Assembly: GCF_004010195.1 (NCBI RefSeq)
Contig: NC_057718.1
Coordinates: 46,853,262-46,917,261, forward strand
Length of the DNA stretch: 64,000 bases
Direction: 5' to 3'
From: Chiloscyllium plagiosum
Taxonomy: Eukaryota
Part shown: piece after piece, positions 39,131 through 51,914 of the stretch
Layout: each line of letters starts with the position of its first letter
Numbering within the stretch: position 1 is the first letter of the stretch
Notes under the pieces: generated by a model
What the model was told of the DNA's origin: nothing
Databases searched by the model: none
The model's input: only the letters and a program-made list of their open reading frames with translations
Translations under genes and position numbers: made by a program

Positions 39131-39900
39131 ACCAACTATTCCTCAGGAACCTTCATAAATCACTGGTTTTATTTCAAAAAGGGGAAGCCTTTTATACATC
39201 ACTTGTTCTGCCTCAACTAAAATAATGTACCCAAATCTGAGCACATTTTAGTAACAATTTGAAGCCATTTAATGATTAAAAGAATGTTTTCAAAGATGAG
39301 GACTAGATTGAGTTGGGATATCTGGTTGGCATGGATGGGTTGGACCAAAGGGTCTGTTTCCATGCTGTACATCTTTATGACTCTATGTCTCCACGAGGAA
39401 CTTCAATTAAGTAGCCAAATGGGATTGTACTACTTAGAGAAGATGACCTTTGATACAGGTGATCAAATTATGAGGCGTTTCCACTGTGCAGATAGGAAGA
39501 AATTATTCCCATTGGTAGAAGGTTTGAGAACCAGACAACACTGAGTTAAAACGATTGGCCAATGACTCACAGTTCAAATGAGGTTAAACCTTTCTTACAC
39601 AGCAAGTTATTAGGATCTGGAATGTTCTGCCTGAGACTGGGAAGCACATTCTCATGTAATGAGATGGGCTTAATTAATGATCTCATAGTAAAGGATCCTC
39701 TCGAGAAGAGTGACCAAAGATTCATAGCTAGCATTTCAAATTCAGGAAGGGTATTTCTTGAACAGATATTTTGGGGATATTCAATTCATCCCAATTAAAA
39801 TATCTTCCTGAGAGGAAGAAAGATTGTAAAGAGGTTAACCATCCATGGCTAAGCAAAGAAGTTAAATTAACATAAAGGCAAAAACTAAGGTAGACCATAC

Positions 39901-40763
39901 TGTGATAATGCTGCACCTTTGACAAGGCCATGTTGTGCTTGGTTTTTTTCACGAGAGTTCGTAAAGGCAGAGGATCCGATATGTCTGGAAATATCTACTT
40001 GAGAAGGCTTTTAAGTCTTTCAGTTAAAACACTTTTACAATGAAAGGGGAGCAGCCAGAAGCTGTTGGACCCAAAGAAGCAGTTCCATGCTGATCCTTTC
40101 TCTCTCTCCCACTCTCTCTCTGCAATTTTCTCCTGTAATAACCCTGTGTTTGATTTTACCTTTTTTTCCAAGGGGGTGTTTATGGGAATGTTGCAAGTAT
40201 TTGGAACATCATCATTATGGGCAGCACAGTGGCACAGTGGTTAGCACTGCTGCCTCACAGCGCCTGAGACCCAGGTTCAATTCCCGCCTCAGGCGACTGA
40301 CTGTGTGGAGTTTGCACATTCTCCCCATGTCTGCGTGGGTTTCCTCTGGGTGTTCCGGTTTCCTCCCACAGTCCAAAAATGTGCAGGTTAGGTGTATTGG
40401 CCATGATAAATTGCCCGCAGTGTTAGGTGAAGGGGTAAATGTAGGGGAATGGGTCTGGGTGGTTGTGCTTCAGCGGCTTGGTGCGGACTTGTTGGGCCAA
40501 AGGGCCTGTTTCCAAATGGTAAATAATCTAATCTAGTTAAGGTGCAAAAACATCGACTAGGTTTTCATATCGGTTGCGTTATTCTAAATATGGTTCTCTT
40601 TTGTTCATGTTTCATTCAGTAGTCTGTAAGTAAATTCTGTTTTGTTCTGTAGTTGGGCCAGCTGCATCACTCCTGGAATATCCACTTAGCACCTGCTTAA
40701 AACAACCAACAACTGGGCTACATTCTTGAAATGTTTTGAGGGGGTCTGTCCTGGTCCATAACA
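39901..40763 (+). mobile_element. Solo LTR-like element with a nested SINE at 40219-40534
   Basis: TGTGATA...CATAACA termini; near-matching 4-bp flanks ATAC/ATAT; interrupts an old CR1. Confidence 0.65.
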
Positions 40764-40988
40764 ATATTACAAAGATCAGTGAAATACTGGGGGACTGGGA
40801 AACTTTTAAAGGCCAACAAAGGGTTACCAAAACAAATAATAAAAAGAACAAAGGTTAATTATGAAAGAAGTCTAGTGCAAAATACAAAAGTGGATAATAA
40901 AAGCTTCAAGAAGTATATAAAAAGGGAGTACTAAAGTGAATATTGGTCTGGGGAGTTACTAATGGGGACACAGAACTGAGAGAGATAC

Positions 40989-43654
40989 AAGCTAAAACTG
41001 GCCTAAAAATAGGAAACAAATGTCATCCATTAGAGTGCCACTAATGAACAGTTGTTTTTCCTGCATGAATGCCTAAGAAAACAGGTACTACCTAAATGTC
41101 TTAAACGCAAACCTTCCCTTAACACCCCACTAGCCAAAAGAATAGCAGAGCAAAACAGCTGCAGAATGCGTAGAAAAATGATTAATAATGGTACAACAGA
41201 CTCCGTAAATACAATCGGGAAATTTTGCACCACAAATATTTACTCACTCATGCAACAAACCATGATGACTAAACAGAGTGCAACAAGCCATAGCTATTAG
41301 ACAGCGACAAACACAGAAAATGAAAAAAAAATCTAGGCTTGCAAAAAAAACTAGCAAACTTACACAAAGTAACAACACTGACAACACAGAAGCATGGATA
41401 AAAAACTTATCTGACCAACCCTTAATAGATTCTGAAAAAGCCGTCTTAGTAAGAGGATTAAATTACAACTTCCAGGATGCAGGCAAGAATGATTTGTTAG
41501 CAGCATTAGTAACAACACTGAAAGACAACCAACTCACAGAAGAAACCCAGCAAACCATCAGACAGGTAGTCACACCAACATTAAGCAGAAAAAAGGAAGG
41601 AAACACACTTAATACACAAGAAAGGAAAGCACTAGAAAGACTAAAAAAAAGATAAAAACATTGTTATCCTACCTGCAGACAAAGGACGCTTGACAGTAAT
41701 TTTAAATCAAAGAGACTGCTTTGAAAAAGTGAATGCACTACTTGCAGATACCAACAGATGCCAACAAGCGCCGATAGACCTGACCCCACAACTAGAGAAC
41801 CAAATCACAGCCCTACTCAAAAAACTTCAGCAAGCTGGAGAAATAAATAAGACTGACTTCCAAAAAATGAAACCAGACGGATCCAACACACTATGTTTCT
41901 ATGGAATACAGAAAATTCACAAACCAGAAGCCCCCCCCAGACCCATAGTCTCACTACCTGGAACAGCAACTTACAGAATGGGCAAGGAGCTACATCAAAG
42001 ACTAAAATACTTAGTAGAAGACTCACACCACTCCATCCACTCCACCCAAGAATTCTTGAGGATCATCAAAGACACTAAGATAGAAAAGGATGAAATAATG
42101 GTCTCCTTTGATGTAACAGCCCTGTTCACATCAATCAACATCAACCTGGTCAAGGAAACACTAAGTACACTATTAGAAGACCCAAAGACACATACACCAA
42201 ACACTACCAACTTCATCAGCAAGGATGGTATCATCAAGCTAGTGGACCTATGCCTTGCCACCCACTTCATCTCCAACAACAAAACCTACAGACAAACCAA
42301 TGGTCTGATATCAGGGTTCTTAGCAGAGACGGTAATGCAGAGACTTAAACAAATAGCTCTGCCAACCATCCAACCCAAACTTTGGGTCCGCTATGTGGAT
42401 GACACCTTTGTCATCACTAAACAAAACAAATTAGAAGAAACCTTCAAGACCATCAACAATATCCTTACTGGCAAAAAATTCACTGAAAAGGAGGAAGAAA
42501 CAACAAACTGCCATTCCTAGATGTCACAGCAGAGCAAACTGCCAGTGGGGAACTTCAAACCAGCATCTATAGGAAAACAACACATACGGACCAAATATTG
42601 AAATACAGAAGCAATCATTCCAACATTCACAAATGAAGCTGCATCATTACGTTACTCCAATGAGCCACCACACACTGCAGCACAGAGGAACTCTGCTAGG
42701 TAGAGGAAAATCACCTATACAGTGTATTCAAAATGAACAGGTACCCAATGAACACAGTCCACAAATTTCTCAGCAACAAACCCAAACAAGTAGACAAAGT
42801 GCTTCCAGAAACCTTAGCCACTCTTCCCTACATCAAAGACATCTCGGAAATGACTGCCAGACTACTCAAACCCCTTGGCAACATGGTAGCCCACAAACCC
42901 ACCAAGACACTAAAACAGCAGCTAATCAACTTGAAAGACCCTATACAGACAACAAGCAAAACTAATGTCATTTACAAAATACCATGCAAGGACTATGACA
43001 AACACTACATTGGACAAACAGGCAGAAAACTAGCCACCAGGATATATGAACATCAACTAGCCACAAAATGACATGACCCTCTCTCACTAGTGTCCTTACA
43101 TACAGATGAAGAAGGACACCACTTTGACTGGGACAACATGTCCATCCTAGGACAAAGTGAGGTCTGCAGATGCTGGCGATCAGAGCTGAAAATGTGTTGC
43201 TGGAAAAGCGCAGCAGGTCAGGCAGCATCCAGGGAACAGGAGAATCGACGTTTTCGGCATAAGCCCTTCTTCAGCCCAATATGTCGATTCTCCTGTTCCC
43301 TGGATGCTGCCTGACCTGCTGCGCTTTTCCAGCAACACATCCTAGGACAAGCCAAACAGAGACACGCATGAGACTTCCTAGAAGCATAGCATTCCAACCG
43401 GAACTCTATCAACAAACACATTGACTTGGGTCTGATTTACCATCCCTTAAGAAAAAGAACAGGAAATGACATTACCAACCCAAAGAAACTCAAACATATA
43501 AATAGAAAGCAGGAATCATCATCAGTATTTCGTTTGGAGGCTCACCGAAAATGTTACCTAGTATGGTGACGAAACATCTGAAAATGAACCTTCCAGCTCA
43601 GCAAGAAAACCTACATCAGAACTTCAACCTGGACTACAAATCTTCTCAAAACTC
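40989..43654 (+). mobile_element. Penelope-like element (RT + GIY-YIG), near complete, inactivated
   Basis: RGLNY, PADKG, YGIQKIHKP..RPIVS, SFDVTALFTSI, RYVDDTF, NVIYKIPCKDYDKHYIGQTGRKLATRIYEH; TSD-like ACTGASAGAGATAC (40975-40988, 43655-43668); decayed hammerhead at 43542-43581. Confidence 0.93.
43156..43337. mobile_element. Fold-back mini-element nested in the Penelope endonuclease region
   Basis: 13-bp TSD CATCCTAGGACAA (43143-43155, 43338-43350). Confidence 0.85.
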
Positions 43655-43668
43655 ACTGACAGAGATAC

Positions 43669-45375
43669 TAAATCAGTATTTTGCTTCATTTTCATGATCG
43701 AGGACACTAAAACTCATTCCAGTATTAACAGGTAATGCAGCGGTTATTGAAAATGAGGAATTTTAAACAATTACCATCATGAGGGAAAAAGTACAGAGCA
43801 AACTATTGGCATTAAAGGTAGCCAAGTCTCCAGGGCCCTTATAGTGTATCTCATAGGCTCTTAAAGGAATTGGCAGCAGAGATAGTGGACACATTGGTTA
43901 TAATTTTCCAAAATTCTCTGGATTTTGAAAATGTTCCAGTGGATTGAAGAAAATGCTAATATAATGCCCTTATTCAAAAGGGAGACAGGAAGTAGGAAAC
44001 TTTGGACCAATCAGTTTAATGTCTGACTTTAGCACATTATTGGAATCAATTATTTAGAAAAGAATGATGGGACATCTGAAAAGTCAAAATGCAATCCATC
44101 ACAATCAGTATGGTTTTGTGGTGAGTAAATCATATTGAATTAATCTCCCTGAAGACATAAGAAACAAGGTGGATAACAGGACTGCTGTAGATGCAGTATG
44201 TCTGGATTTCAATAAGACATTTAATAAGTTGCCACATGAAAAGTTAATACACAAGGTAAGATCACACAAAGTTGGGGTTATATATTTTCTTGTTTAGAGG
44301 ATTGGCTACCCAACAGAAAGCAGAGAGTGAACATAACTGTGTCTTTTTCTAGTTGCCAAACTGTAACTAATGGCTTGCCATAGGGTTTGGTCCTTGGGTC
44401 CTGACTGTTACCAATTTATAGTAATGACTTGGATGCAAGAACATAATATATTGCAGCTAAATTTACAGATGACACTGAAATAGATGGGAAAGTAAGTCAC
44501 AATGAAGAAATAAGAAATTTACAACTGGACATGGTTAGTTAGGTAAATGGGCCAAAATGTGGCAGATGGAGTCAGCATGACTGTAAAGTTATCTGTTTAT
44601 GTCAGAAGAATTGAGAGGCAACTCAATATCTAAATGGAGAGAAACTCAAAATGCTTTGGTGAAGAGGGATCTGGGTGTTCTTGTACATAAATCACAGAAA
44701 GCTAGTATACAGATATAACAGATATCAATAAGGCAAGTGAAATGTTGGCATTTATTGCTAAAGGAATGGAAAATAAAAGTAGGGAAATGGTGTTGGAATT
44801 ATACAAGGCATTGGTGAGACCACAACTGGAGTGCTGCATGCAGTTTCTTGAGGAAGAATGTATTGTATTAGAGGCAATCAGAGAAAATTCATTAGATTAA
44901 TTCCAATGAAGGTCTTGTCTTATGAGGAAAGATTGAGCAGTTCAGGTCTATACTTGCTAGAGTTTAGAAGAATTGAGATCTAAATCTAAATCTAGATCTA
45001 AATTGAGATACAAAAGATGTGGAGGAAGGTTGACAAGTAGATGTAGATGTTTCCCCTTGTAAGGCAATCTACAATGAGATATCATGGTTTTAGGTTAAGG
45101 GTTAACAGAGTTAAAACAGAGATGAGGAGGAATTACTTCTCTCAAAAGATCATGAATCTGTATACATTACCCCAGAGTGTGGTGCACACCAGGTCTCTGA
45201 ATAAGTTTAAGGATGAGATAGATAGATTTTTAATCAGTGATGGGTTAAAGGATTCTCGGGAGTGGGCAGGAAAGTGGAGTTGAAGCTGAGATGAGATCAG
45301 ACATTAACATGTTAAACCGCGGAGAGCACATTTAAGGTCCTGATTTGCCTTTTGCTGCTCCCAGCTTTTATATTC
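43669..45375 (+). mobile_element. Old CR1 ORF2, continuing 39750-39900 and 40764-40988
   Basis: KSPGP, NFGPISL, LDFNKTFNK, KFTDDT, LVRPQLECCMQF remnants and a CR1 3' tail. Confidence 0.8.
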
Positions 45376-47187
45376 TAAATTCAGTCATATATCTCAAAGG
45401 AAATTAGATAATTACCTGAAGAGGGCTTCAGGAGAAAGGGAAATAATGGCATGAATTGTTCTTGCAGAGAACTGCCATAAACACAATGGGCCAAATGGCC
45501 TTCTGTCTAGGAACCATGCTGTGATTCAAGGTAGACAGGATATGGAGGATCTTTCCCTTAGTGGAGCTGTTAAAAACTGGGAGCATATATTCAACTAACT
45601 TGCAGAAATATGAGGGGGAGTTAAGGAGAAATGTTTGATCCAGAGGGTGAAGGGTTTGTATATCTCATTGCCTGATCAGTGGTAAAGGCACAAATCCTCA
45701 CTGAATTTCAACAAGGACTTCAGCATTAATTTGAAATGCTGTAAGCCTTAAGGCTGCAAAGAACTGGAAAGCTTTCCTTCACTAGCACATGGTTGAATAG
45801 TCCACTTCAAGGCCATAAACCTCTCTGATTTATGATTTATCCAATTCCATTTAGCAGTCACTATAGAGTACATTTCCAACACTCTTCAAGGTGGGGTATC
45901 CTAGATTAAATCTGGTGACCAGCCTTTCTTTCACTGGAGACAGTTTATCTATATTTACTCTGTCAAATGCCATCATGATTTTGAACACATTTATCAAATC
46001 TTCTCCTAAATCTCTCTATTCTAAAGAGAACAGCCCATTTTCTCTGGTCCATCCATGTCTTTCATCCATGGTACCAGTTTCCTGGAACTTACTCCACTTG
46101 TAGCAATTAACTCTGATAGTTTTTCAAGACCACTTACTCCCCAGATTATCTTAATTATGCTTCTATCAATCTTACTCCCACACCTTGTACAGTTTCTCTG
46201 TCATGTTTGTTCTGACAACTCATTTTTCAGATCGATGCTTCTGAAGTGTTTTTCTTTTACAGTCATAGTTCCTCCACCAACATTGTGAGTCTATTCAAGA
46301 TAATTCCCATCTCATTCTCTCCTTTCCAATACCGTCATGAGCAAAAGGTCCCTTTTGTCTTCAAGTTTCATCTCATCCGGGGCTACATGTGACAATTGAA
46401 CTGGGACGTTTGCTCATTATAAAATCGTACAACTAAACGTATTTTCTAAATCTTTCCTCTCTCTGCAACATTCTTGTCCATTCTATTGTTTCTCTGCTTT
46501 TCAATTGCCCTCCTGTTTTTCTATGAAACTACAGAAAATGACATGTCACTATATGGCGTTTGCTATACTCCACTTGGGCCATTGGGCATTTCACAATATC
46601 CACAAACATGACTCTGACTTCACTCCAAGTCAGCACTTGAATCTCCTCCCCCCTAACCTCACTCTCATCTTTGTCTTAGGTCTTCTACTGGAGCTTCAAG
46701 AACAGTAGCTCATTTATTTCCTGGTGCCTGTAACAGCAATCTTCAGCTAGACTCTCTATTGTCTTCACAGCCGTAGATATTGAGTTATAGGGGTCTCAGT
46801 AGAATCAGCTGGAGGGATGAAACCACGTTAACATTTGCCTCAAAAGCAATAGATGTCTATAAAACATGATGAGGTTTGTGCCAATGCTTTGTTTTTTCTT
46901 TGATTCTGAGTGGAAGAACTTTTGTAATCTTACTTGTATTTTCTTCTTTAAAATTATTTTTCTTCATTTTTACTTTAATTCCCATTGCCTATGAGTTTTC
47001 CCATTTCAGCCCATTCTATGCATAGTTTTACTCTTTTTATGTATCTGGATTATCTCACTGATATCAATTTTCCTAGTTAGCATCTTGTCAGATACTTAGT
47101 GCATAATCTCTACCCTTTGCATGTTTAGTCCTGTTGTTTATCTCCCCTCTCCCTCCTTCCTATTCTTTTTACCCTTCTCAATTGTCA

Positions 47188-47547
47188 GAATCATAGAATC
47201 CCTATCGTGTGGATGCAGGTCATTTGCCCTATCAAATCTACACTGACCTTTTGAACAGCATTCCTCCCAGGCCCAATCCCTTCCCCCTACCCCTGTTAAC
47301 CCTTCATTTCTCATGGCTAATCCACCCAGCCTGCATATCCCCGGACACTTTGGGCAGTTTAGAATGGCCAATCCATCCAACTAGCACATCTTTAGACTGT
47401 GGGAGGAAGCTAGAGTACCCAGAGGAAACCTGAGCAGACACAGGGAGTACGTAAAAATTTGACACAGTCGCCCGAGGCTGGAGTCAAACCTAGGTCCCTT
47501 GCGCTATGAGCCAGCAGTGCTAACTACTGCGCGACTGTGCTGCCCAG
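47188..47547 (-). mobile_element. tRNA-derived SINE, diverged
   Basis: SINE core and head on the minus strand. Confidence 0.75.
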
Positions 47548-47942
47548 TTATGGTGAAGTTTACAATTGAAAAAATAGCCAATATTTTCTCTACACAAATA
47601 CTAACTGAACTGTTACGTATTCCAAGCATTTTTTTTATTTCAGATTTTTAGTGCCAGCAGTTAGCTTTTCAATTTAGTTTAAATAAAGGTGTTTAACTTT
47701 AGGACATTTATTTGGAACCTCTAATGAGACCTCAGTACAGGTAGTGCTGAAACTGTGCTGTTTCTTTTAAACTTCTTTTTTACTGCTGGTTATTTTTGAC
47801 TCAGATATACATAAACACAATAAACAGTTGTATTAGATTACATTATAAAATATGAATAAACATTACAATGACAACATTTCAAAATGTTAATTTAATATGC
47901 TATACTTATGGACCCAGTATTTGCTAAATAAGTTATGAACAT

Positions 47943-48170
47943 TGCTGAAAATGGGTTGCTGGAAAAGCGCAGCAGGTCAGGCAGCATCCAAGGAGCAGGA
48001 GAATTGATGTTTCGGGCATGAGCCCTTCTTCAGGAATTCTTCCTGAAGAAGGGCTCATGCCCGAAACGTCGATTCTCCTGCTCCTTGGATGCTGCCTGAC
48101 CTGCTGCGCTTTTCCAGCAACCCATTTTCAGCTCTGATCTCCAGCATCTGCAGTCCTCACTTTCTCCTCG
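47943..48170. mobile_element. Young fold-back Penelope-derived element with two opposed hammerhead cores
   Basis: 13-bp TSD AAGTTATGAACAT (47930-47942, 48171-48183); ~90-bp near-perfect inverted arms; + strand core CTGAAGAAGGGCTCATGCCCGAAACGTC at 48043-48070. Confidence 0.9.
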
Positions 48171-49049
48171 AAGTTATGAACATGGTAAATATGTTTTTCT
48201 ATAAAATTTAGCTGAGAAAAAGTTGAAAGATTTTCCTTGTTTGGGTTGGTTTGATGCAAAATAACTGATTATTTTTACTGCTGCTAATTATAGTTCTGCT
48301 CAGTGTCAGTATCCTCCTATTGGGTGTAGGATAAGTGAAAGAAGGGCTAATGTTTTCAAAAACAAATTCAAGTAGTCAGTTCTGGCTGGCAAACAGAAAA
48401 TAAATTCTGAGAGTTGTAGAGATATCAATGTTGAAATTGGTTTTTGAAACTAGCCAGGCTTTTCAGCATCAACCTGAGCTGTATTTTAATACAATTATTA
48501 TACTTTGTTGGTTTCATAACCCTTGGTACCCATGTCTGTACAGAAATATCTTTTAGACGATTTGAGATTTCCATTACCATGTGAATGAAGAACTGATCCT
48601 TGAACAGTCTAGCTATTAATTTTAAGGTTATGACTTTGATCTGGACTTCCTCACTAGAAGAAATAATTTATATCTGTTCAACCAAATCCTTTATTCATTT
48701 TAAATACTTCAAATAGATCAATCCTCAATTTTCTATATTAAGACAAGACTAGTCGAATAACCTCTCCTCATAATTTAACCCTTTTAGTCACTTAGTGATG
48801 TTTTTGTACTACACTTTCTCTAAGATCAATATATTCCTCTTGAGGAGCAATATCCAGAACAAGTGCAATAGTCTAACTAGAGCTTCACACACTGCAGTAC
48901 AGCATCGACCCTTTTGTATACTAGCCTCTTTCAGATGAAGGCTAATATTCCATTAAGCTTTCAAAATACATTTTGTACCTTTCACTATGCATTATGTTTC
49001 ACAGTCAGTGTAACTTTAAGAGACGTGCGATAGATTTCATTGGTGACCT

Positions 49050-50011
49050 TTAAGCGGCAATTGGATAGGTACATGGATAGGTGTTTAAGCTAGGACAAAT
49101 GTTCGGCACAACATCATGGGCCGAAGGGCCTTTCTGTGCTGTATTGTTCTATGTTCTATGTTCTATGTTCTATCATCACTGTATGGCATATGTCAGGTAT
49201 AGACAGGAGAGATTGAATGAATCCTTAGAAGAGTATAAAGGCAGTAGGAGAATACTTAAGAGGGAAATCAGGAGAGCAAAAAAGGGGCATGAGATAGCTT
49301 TGGCAAATAGAGTTAAGGAGAATCCAAAAGGATTCTATAAATACATTAAGGACAAAAAAGGTAACTAGGGAGAGAATAGGGCTCCTCAAAGATCAGCAAG
49401 ACAACTTATGTGTGGCGGGATGGGACCATTCGCCACTGCTGATTAGCCGCCGCCGATTAGCCACTGCCCTTTCACCACCGAGGACGCTTCGCCACCGCAA
49501 GTGTTTGTGACTCATTTGTATGTATAAACCAATAAAATGATATTTATTTCACCACTTTTTTATCAATATGTACTATGTTGTTGTATAAATAAAGGGGACT
49601 GAGAAGTATGAAAGAACAGGCGGGAAGGAAAACAATCAGTACATATATATATTTCCGGTGGCGAATCAAACGACCCTGTGGAGAAACGCTAGTGGAGAAC
49701 TGGCAGTGGCTAATCGGCGGCAGCGAATGTGCCATGGTGAATCGCCACCAACCCATGTGTGGAGCCATAGGAGATGGGGGAGATACTAAATGAGTCATTT
49801 GTATCAGTGTTTATTATGGGAAAGACATGGATTATATAGAGTGTGGAGAAATAGATGGTGACGTATTGAAAAATGTCCATATTACAGAGGAGGAAGAACT
49901 GGATGTCTTGAAACATATAAAAGTAAATAAATTCCCAAACCTGATCAAGTGTACCCAGAACTCTGTGGGACGCTGAGGAAGTGATTGCTGGACCCTTTGC
50001 TGAGATATTTG
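49050..50011 (+). mobile_element. CR1 fragments (a 3' tail with (TTCTATG)n, then an internal ORF2 part)
   Basis: LKREIRRAKKGHEIALANRVKENPKGFYKYI; runs into the assembly gap. Confidence 0.8.
49417..49754. mobile_element. CpG-rich MITE with long imperfect TIRs and an 8-9 bp TSD
   Basis: GGGATGG...CCAACCC termini; arms GCCGCCGATTAGCCACTGCC / GGCAGTGGCTAATCGGCGGC; flanks ATGTGTGGC (49408-49416) and ATGTGTGGA (49755-49763). Confidence 0.8.
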
Positions 50012-50360
50012 NNNNNNNNNNNNNNNNNNNNNNNNNNNNNNNNNNNNNNNNNNNNNNNNNNNNNNNNNNNNNNNNNNNNNNNNNNNNNNNNNNNNNNNNN
50101 NNNNNNNNNNNNNNNNNNNNNNNNNNNNNNNNNNNNNNNNNNNNNNNNNNNNNNNNNNNNNNNNNNNNNNNNNNNNNNNNNNNNNNNNNNNNNNNNNNNN
50201 NNNNNNNNNNNNNNNNNNNNNNNNNNNNNNNNNNNNNNNNNNNNNNNNNNNNNNNNNNNNNNNNNNNNNNNNNNNNNNNNNNNNNNNNNNNNNNNNNNNN
50301 NNNNNNNNNNNNNNNNNNNNNNNNNNNNNNNNNNNNNNNNNNNNNNNNNNNNNNNNNNNN
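50012..50360. other. Assembly gap (349 N)
   Basis: Run of N. Confidence 1.
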
Positions 50361-50546
50361 ATTAGAGTGGTGCTGGAGAAGCACAGCAGGTCAGGCAGCA
50401 TCCAAGAAGCAGGGAAATCTATGTTTTGGGCAAAAGCCCTTCACCAGAAACCCTCCTGATGAAGGTCTTTTGCCCAAAACATCTTTTTTCCTTCCTGCCC
50501 CTCAGATGCTGCCTGACCTGCTGTGCTTCTCCAGCACCACTCTAAT
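50361..50546. mobile_element. Fold-back Penelope-derived element abutting the gap
   Basis: ATTAGAGTGGTGCTGGAGAAGCACAGCAGG.. / ..CTTCTCCAGCACCACTCTAAT arms; decayed CTGATGAAGG core. Confidence 0.8.
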
Positions 50547-51575
50547 TTTGATGCCTTCACCTGAAAATCAGGTCTGCATCTGAATGAGTGAAGCATTAAA
50601 CTCCTGTTTCCCTGGTAATTGACACTTATTGAAGATTCTCAGACCAATTTAAAGAATAGAATTCTGACCAGAAAGAGCAGTGTTTTAACTGCTTGGCTCA
50701 GAATCAGAGAGTCATGGGTTCAAGCACCACTTCAGACAATTGAGCACATTAACCAGCAAAATAGTGGGGCTGTGTCTGTTTTCCTAACCGTGGACATTAA
50801 CTCACAGCTTATGACTAAAACTACACAGTTTAATTGACTTAGGTTGGATTGGTACTTAGATTTGTGCACATGACACAACTCTTAAGTGGATTACTTCAGG
50901 ACCTTTCCTTGCAATACTGAGTGAGTTGCTGCACTGTACAAGCTGCTGTCTTCCAACTTGCCCTCTCAGGAGAACTTAGGGTAGAAGATCCTATTGCACT
51001 ATTTGAAGAACAACAGGGCAATCTGGCACTGACCTAACCATTACTTCTCCCTCAAACCTGTATTAAGCCACAAAAGTTTGGTTATTGATCTTATTGCTAT
51101 TTGTGAATTGGCTGCTACAAATGTGATTGTACTTAGCAGTATTCTGTGAATAAGATTAATTAAAGCTTTTTTGCTGAGCATTTGTGCACAGATGACTGTC
51201 ATTCCATCCACCTGCTGGACACAGCTGCTGTTAAAAAGTGGACATTTTTCATCCTAATTTTGTTTTGTTGCAGGGATGTAATGCTCCCTTTTTACTATCA
51301 CAAAGCCCAGAAGTTGTCATCATGATTTGGAATATACACCAGTGAAAGACCAACGGAAGCAGATTCAATAATAACTTTCAAAAAGGAATTGGATACAGAT
51401 CTAAATGAGGAAAACTTGCATGTGGAGAAATGGGAAGGGAGTGGATCAAGACAGCTAGCATGGGGAGTGGAGTGAATGGCCTTCTTCTATGCTGAAACCA
51501 TTCTGTCTTCTCTTGATTCTCTCAAAATGTGAACATACAAATTAGGAGCAGAAGTAGACCATTCAGCTCCTTGAA

Positions 51576-51778
51576 GAAAGTGAGGACTGCAGATGCTGGA
51601 GATCAGAGTCGAGAGTGTGGTGCTGGAAAAGTATACCAGGTCAGGCATTATCAAGGAGTAGGAGAATCGATGTTTCGGGCGTAATCAGATTCCTGATAAA
51701 AGGCTTATGACCAAAATATCGATCCCCCTGCTCCTTAGATGGTGCTTGACCTGCTGTACGTTTCCAGCACCACATTCT
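51576..51778. mobile_element. Fold-back Penelope-derived element
   Basis: 17-bp TSD CCATTCAGCTCCTTGAA (51559-51575, 51779-51795). Confidence 0.85.
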
Positions 51779-51914
51779 CCATTCAGCTCCTTGAATATGC
51801 ACTGTACCTGCACACAAACTTTGTGACTCATTCTCCAGAACATTGAAATCCCTCTGCACCTCAAAACTCTGCAGTCATTCTCCTTTTAAGTAATATTTTG
51901 TTTTTTTAAAATTC

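Noticed and set aside
40219..40300. tRNA-like sequences (also 13557, ~24950, ~30980, 53605)
   Set aside because: These are SINE heads followed by SINE bodies, not tRNA genes.
49710..50583. Long ORFs (126-224 aa) in the ORF track
   Set aside because: Artefacts of translating through the N gap.
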